Shown: piece after piece, positions 55,813 to 59,627 of the stretch
Layout of the letters: the number at the start of each line of letters is the position of its first letter
Position numbering within the stretch: the stretch's first letter is position 1
Virus record (IMG/VR): IMGVR_UViG_3300011116_000422
Location: 1-59,627 of that record
From: a virus
Lineage: Duplodnaviria; Caudoviricetes
DNA: 59,627 nucleotides
Direction: 5' to 3' (one strand)
Program-made: the position numbers and the translations under genes
Notes under the pieces: model-generated
Databases searched by the model: none
Told to the model about the DNA's origin: nothing
What the model saw: the letters and a program-made list of their open reading frames with translations, nothing else

Positions 55813-56059
55813 TATTCGGCTTTAGTGTCTCGGCAACCGCTCGCATTACTCCAACAATGATTGGTTGATTGTCGCTATATTCAACTTGAGTTGATAGAAA
55901 ATTAATATGCTTGCAAACAGATTTAATCGCGGCTTCGGCTTCTTCGATATAAGAGATTTGAACCGTAGGGGGCAAGTCTTCAAACGCTGGAAGACCATCT
56001 GTTCCTGCGTATTCATAGATAGCGCGAGCAACATCGTGAGTTACAAATGGAATAGCCAT
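55805..56059 (-). CDS. Hypothetical protein
   Basis: VARAIYE...FEDLP....Y..EA.AAI. Confidence 0.7.
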   Translation of the reverse strand: MAIPFVTHDVARAIYEYAGTDGLPAFEDLPPTVQISYIEEAEAAIKSVCKHINFLSTQVEYSDNQPIIVGVMRAVAETLKPNNV

Positions 56060-56063
56060 GAAA

Positions 56064-56618
56064 TTATTTTACAGTCTTTTTCTTGAGAATCGGTTTCTTT
56101 TGCGTGTGATAAACAAAAGGTGGCGCCGTGTAAGGGTCAATATCGGCGGCTATCTGTAAAGCAATAGGCATTTCTGCTTGAGCCTTTAATGCTCCAAGTG
56201 CTAAAGAGGACCCGGAACCAATCCCATAGAATCCCGCGGCGTCTAAGCAAACAGATAAATCGTCTGCAATCTCAAAAACTTCGCCTTCGATAGCAATAAG
56301 AAACGCAAATTTAGTTTCGTCATCTTCTGCATCCCATTTGTATTCGTTCTCTTTAAAGCATTTCTTCATGGAAGGGATAATAACTGAAATCATAAAATGA
56401 TAAAGGTCTTTTTTGTCTGCAAGAGTTGGGATAGGTGGTTCCCAGATATGTTGAACGATATCGCAAGCGGCGACTTCACCACTTCCGGCGATTAGATAAG
56501 GGCCGGATGTAGTTACTTTGCACATCTTTGGGTGACTGTATTTTTTATCAGCCGTTACAAGGCTGTCAGACCCCATTAGGACACCATCCGCATATTGGAT
56601 AGCCACGATTGTTGTCAT
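56064..56618 (-). CDS. Proteasome-beta / HslV-like Ntn hydrolase
   Basis: MTTIVA N-terminal Thr, DS..T, K, GIGSGS..ALGAL, D.YT. Confidence 0.85.
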   Translation of the reverse strand: MTTIVAIQYADGVLMGSDSLVTADKKYSHPKMCKVTTSGPYLIAGSGEVAACDIVQHIWEPPIPTLADKKDLYHFMISVIIPSMKKCFKENEYKWDAEDDETKFAFLIAIEGEVFEIADDLSVCLDAAGFYGIGSGSSLALGALKAQAEMPIALQIAADIDPYTAPPFVYHTQKKPILKKKTVK

Positions 56619-56643
56619 AATGGGAGTCTAACTTAGCCCCCGG

Positions 56644-57087
56644 TCAATACCAGCGATTGGCCTGCCAAAATTTCCAAGCCGCGCAGGGACTGCCGTAACG
56701 ATGTTTGATATAGCCAAGCCCCCAATTAATTTGAGCCACTGGGTCAGATTGAAAGGCGTGTATCTCTGCCTTTGTATCTTTGCTCATGTGTCTTTGAGGG
56801 ATTCCGTGGTCCTTGGTAGGAGAAGCGGCTTTGTAATTCCAAGCCGACTCTTTACCCCACATTTGATTGAGGCATGTCCACTGTTTTTTTGTCCAGCCGA
56901 AATCATCTAACTTTGAAAGAGCAAGTTTGCGAGCACTTTATGGAGTTAGACCTTGCGGTTCGACTTTTTTAACAATGGGTTTTTCAGGAATTGCAGGATG
57001 TGGAGTTAAATAACCGCCGACTCCGGCTCCGATTATTGCGGATACGATTCCAATAACAATGACGTGTTCATATTTTTTTATGTTCAC
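56644..57087 (-). pseudogene. Membrane-anchored lytic transglycosylase with an in-frame TAA
   Basis: TM, W...QW.CL..MW.KES.WN..A, GIPQ, QI.WGL.YIKHRYGSPC.AW; TAA at 56938-56940. Confidence 0.75.
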
Positions 57088-57228
57088 CGTTCACCTAACG
57101 ACGCAGTTTCTTAGCCTTTACCTAACGTGGTTTTTGTAAAGGTTAAGATGCCTTCGGGTTGAAGGTCTTTCTAACCGCCTATGGCTTAGACGACTGTTAC
57201 TTGGACGTAAAAAAGTTTACACCAAAAA

Positions 57229-57549
57229 TTATAGTCGATACGGGTCGTGTGAATCAAAACCCTCGAAATCAACAACGTTATTCGAATGAGCAAGGGCTTT
57301 TGCGTGTGTAACTGCGTGTGCAAGTGAACGGCATTCAAGTAGTGGTGCATCAAATGCCTTCATTGATTCTGCAATCACCTCAAGCGCTTTGTGCTCACCC
57401 TGAGTTTTAAGAACTGCAACTGTTCGGGAGTTCTGTTCGTCCCATGCAATCTTTGCAATCTCTGTGTGTGGTTTTAAGAGTCGTTGAATAGTTTCTACGC
57501 CACCAAGTAAGTCGAGTGACGGTAGTGCTGTCGCTGAATAAATAGACAT
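57229..57549 (-). CDS. Hypothetical protein
   Basis: AAGGAGGT RBS. Confidence 0.75.
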   Translation of the reverse strand: MSIYSATALPSLDLLGGVETIQRLLKPHTEIAKIAWDEQNSRTVAVLKTQGEHKALEVIAESMKAFDAPLLECRSLAHAVTHAKALAHSNNVVDFEGFDSHDPYRL

Positions 57550-57622
57550 AGCCTTACCTCCTTGGAAATAAATGGTAACACAAATCTCAATACCCGTGTT
57601 TAGTCTTTCGGCGTGTCTAAAC

Positions 57623-58309
57623 TTAGGTTAATGCCGCCTGAAGCGTCCCAAATGTCTCTTGACCTTGCTTTTTCTTGAGGTGCGGGATGTTATTTACAAC
57701 AATGCCAATCTTGGTCGTAGGTAAAGTCGCCGCTAGGAGGTCCGATGCCTCTTGGTCTGAATACCCGGCTTCTTCAAGCGCTTCAATAGATGGAAAGACA
57801 TCCGCGTGACGGTCTTTCTCTTTATCTACCAAATGGTCTTGAGTGCCGCCCATTGAAAAGATAATTACGAAGTTATCCGGGAGTTCGTGCTTCTTGACCA
57901 TAGCGACTTCTTTTGTGTAAGCATAAAAAAACACATGAGGATTCTCTTTTGCGATATCTAACCATAAAAGAAAATACTGCTCTGTGAAGAAATCCCCTGA
58001 ATCGTGGATTCGAACTGATTTGCCGCCTTGATATCTTTTGGCTTTTAGTTCGTTTGTCAGTTCCGCCTTCCAGCCTTCCGGGTCATTGACAATTAATTCC
58101 AAATTTCGGACGTGAGCCTTCTTTACATTAGAAAAGTTATAAGTGCCGGACCGGGCGTAGCACAATTGAGCACACACTCCAGCGCTAGGGCATACGAGCA
58201 TGTTCTTACCCGTTGATAATTTAGCCGCGAGCGCGGGAAGGGTCCATGTAAATATGCCGTCGGCTCTAAGTTCTCTGTTGCCGTTTGTTAATAGATATTT
58301 AACGGGCAT
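57623..58309 (-). CDS. Gp88-family protein (radical-SAM-like)
   Basis: CP.AG.C...CYA, VRIHDSGDF, YAYTK, N..IIFS.GG. Confidence 0.85.
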   Translation of the reverse strand: MPVKYLLTNGNRELRADGIFTWTLPALAAKLSTGKNMLVCPSAGVCAQLCYARSGTYNFSNVKKAHVRNLELIVNDPEGWKAELTNELKAKRYQGGKSVRIHDSGDFFTEQYFLLWLDIAKENPHVFFYAYTKEVAMVKKHELPDNFVIIFSMGGTQDHLVDKEKDRHADVFPSIEALEEAGYSDQEASDLLAATLPTTKIGIVVNNIPHLKKKQGQETFGTLQAALT

Positions 58310-58449
58310 TAGAGTTCAAGCGCAATCCATATAAAACCTAGGTTGATAGCAAGGCCATACTTGTCTATTGTGAAACCAACAGAAAAAGTTTTCCAGTTAC
58401 CGCCGACCATTATGTATCTCTTACCCATTTGAACTTGCTTAATCATCAT
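58309..58449 (-). CDS. 46-aa hypothetical protein
   Basis: Read by hand; TAATG coupling to the gp88 gene. Confidence 0.6.
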   Translation of the reverse strand: MMIKQVQMGKRYIMVGGNWKTFSVGFTIDKYGLAINLGFIWIALEL

Positions 58450-58587
58450 TCCCCCTAAATGCCGGACATCCCCCAGTTTCAGTAAAATCTCTGTATTTCA
58501 TTGCTCTAACTGAATCAATGTAATTAAGCCAAAGCATTAATGAGCATCCTGCAACAAATCCGCAAAACACTCCCAGTATCCATAACA

Positions 58588-58854
58588 TCATCTGCGTTTT
58601 CCTCTCGGGCTAAATTCAAACATGAAATCATTTAATGCACCAAAGTCCAATTTATGATTGAACCATTTAACTCCATCTTTAGTCTTTTGAACACTTAATC
58701 CGGAGTTAGTAATAAAGTCTTTGTAAGGGGCCTTGCCGTCGTAGTCTTTCATAAACTCCACCATTGCTTCGTAATATGGCGGGTCTGACTTTATCCAGTG
58801 AGCCACATTCCAACTATCGTAATTGGCCCAGCCTTCGTATTCATTTTCGTTCAC
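58588..58854 (-). CDS. Hypothetical phage protein (YEGWANYDSWNV motif)
   Basis: GTG start after GGAG; T.DGV.W motif. Confidence 0.75.
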   Translation of the reverse strand: MNENEYEGWANYDSWNVAHWIKSDPPYYEAMVEFMKDYDGKAPYKDFITNSGLSVQKTKDGVKWFNHKLDFGALNDFMFEFSPRGKRR

Positions 58855-59020
58855 TTGTTTGCTCCACCATATAAACGCCTTCACACCAAAAGCATTCATA
58901 ATTTTCAGATGTGACGCCTCTGACTTGAAAAACTCCATAGCAATGCGGGCATCTGTAATTACGCCATACAGGGTAAATTTCAAAAATCCATTTCGGCACA
59001 AACTTATTAAGCAAAGTCAT
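58841..59020 (-). CDS. 59-aa Zn-ribbon protein
   Basis: YRCPHC...ECFWC; read by hand. Confidence 0.6.
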   Translation of the reverse strand: MTLLNKFVPKWIFEIYPVWRNYRCPHCYGVFQVRGVTSENYECFWCEGVYMVEQTSERK

Positions 59021-59196
59021 TTTTTACCCCATACGTCATATTGGGTTTTTGTTTCAACGATTTCCCAACGCTGTTCTTCTGCGTCGTTATAGGTAATCAC
59101 ATCAACAACCCGTCCTTTGTGGTCTTCTTTAATCTTCGCAAGAATAGTGCCTTCCGAATCTTTTAGAAACTTAATTGTGGTTATGCCTTCACCCAT
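59017..59196 (-). CDS. 59-aa hypothetical protein (MGEGITTIKF...)
   Basis: GGAG RBS; ATGA overlap with the downstream gene. Confidence 0.55.
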   Translation of the reverse strand: MGEGITTIKFLKDSEGTILAKIKEDHKGRVVDVITYNDAEEQRWEIVETKTQYDVWGKK

Positions 59197-59558
59197 GCAA
59201 TCGCTCCATTTCCTTGAGGTGTCTTGCGACGCAATCCTGAATCTTTAATCCATCCATCATTCATTAGGCTATTTCTAATCGATGAAGCCGATTGATGCAA
59301 CCACCCGGTCAGTGATTCGATTTCGTGGTCACATAGCCCGCGCTCGCCCGCGCCCGCGATGAGGTCAAATACTCTTGAGCGTTTTGTGCCGGAGCGGGGT
59401 AAAGCGCCCTTAGCGGCATCCCTAGAAGTCCTTGGACTGTTCTTACCTAGTCGAACTACATTCGCCTCTACGGGCCTCCTAGCGGCCTTATTTGCGATAC
59501 AACAAGGGCAGTGAATTATTTCGGGCTTTGGGGAGAAGTCCAGTGTTTCTTGAACCAT
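59181..59558 (-). CDS. Winged-HTH DNA-binding protein
   Basis: TS.DAA, R.RVF..I...G..G.CD.E, HQSAS..R..L...G.I.DSG.RR.T..G..A..W. Confidence 0.85.
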   Translation of the reverse strand: MVQETLDFSPKPEIIHCPCCIANKAARRPVEANVVRLGKNSPRTSRDAAKGALPRSGTKRSRVFDLIAGAGERGLCDHEIESLTGWLHQSASSIRNSLMNDGWIKDSGLRRKTPQGNGAIAWVKA

Positions 59559-59627
59559 TTTTCCTCCTTCGTGGTTTGGAGTGGGGCTCGGAATTACCCG
59601 AGCCCCCACTTATCAAATCAGTAGCGC
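59354..59627 (+). repeat. Terminal direct repeat, right copy
   Basis: 269/274 identical to 1-274. Confidence 0.97.

Noticed and set aside
56938-56940. Genome-wide stop-codon reassignment
   Set aside because: Single case; TAA, TAG and TGA all terminate coupled genes normally
57088-57207. tRNA or c-di-AMP riboswitch
   Set aside because: No T-loop (TTCGA), anticodon arm or CCA; ydaO consensus not recognisable
57595-57620. GACAC(GCC) WhiA-like sites in intergenic regions (also ~4511, 7445, 34512)
   Set aside because: Five-base core is too short to support without statistics
59017-59184. Apparent ATA start or lost start codon
   Set aside because: An in-frame ATG with a GGAG RBS exists at 59196

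Overview
Apparently complete, circularly permuted genome (unit length about 59,353 bp, 274-bp terminal direct repeat) of a tailed dsDNA siphovirus-like phage. WhiB, the actinobacterial-style SSB and a GGGAAAA tail-chaperone frameshift point to an actinobacterial host; a low-GC freshwater lineage is an inference. Nearly all genes lie on the minus strand. Order: portal, MuF, XkdF-type prohead protease, effector cluster, scaffold, decoration, capsid, accessory island, neck and tail, lysis and membrane genes, ERF/HNH/RusA/ParB-like genes, terminases, then about 12.5 kb of small early-type genes. I recognised no polymerase, primase, helicase, integrase or tRNA. Two candidate undescribed systems stand out. 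(1) At 44.6-52.2 kb, seven domains each start with a shared tag K|[AFY]NP[YHN][RH][DG]x2-3GRFxx-Gly: four ADP-ribosyltransferases, a zeta-like kinase and two unknown domains. They sit next to the prohead protease, and a short peptide or micro-ORF follows each toxin. This suggests protease-processed, capsid-packaged toxins with daisy-chained inhibitors. (2) An ~76-nt antisense-oriented sRNA (14733-14808) carries a bulged seed, CUUCGUGGU, complementary to a conserved ACCACGAA(A)GGAG ribosome-binding leader on six early genes. It sits alongside a promoter family with a TAAACCCGGGTTTA palindrome and CRP-type boxes. All family assignments come from motif recognition by eye, not database searches.
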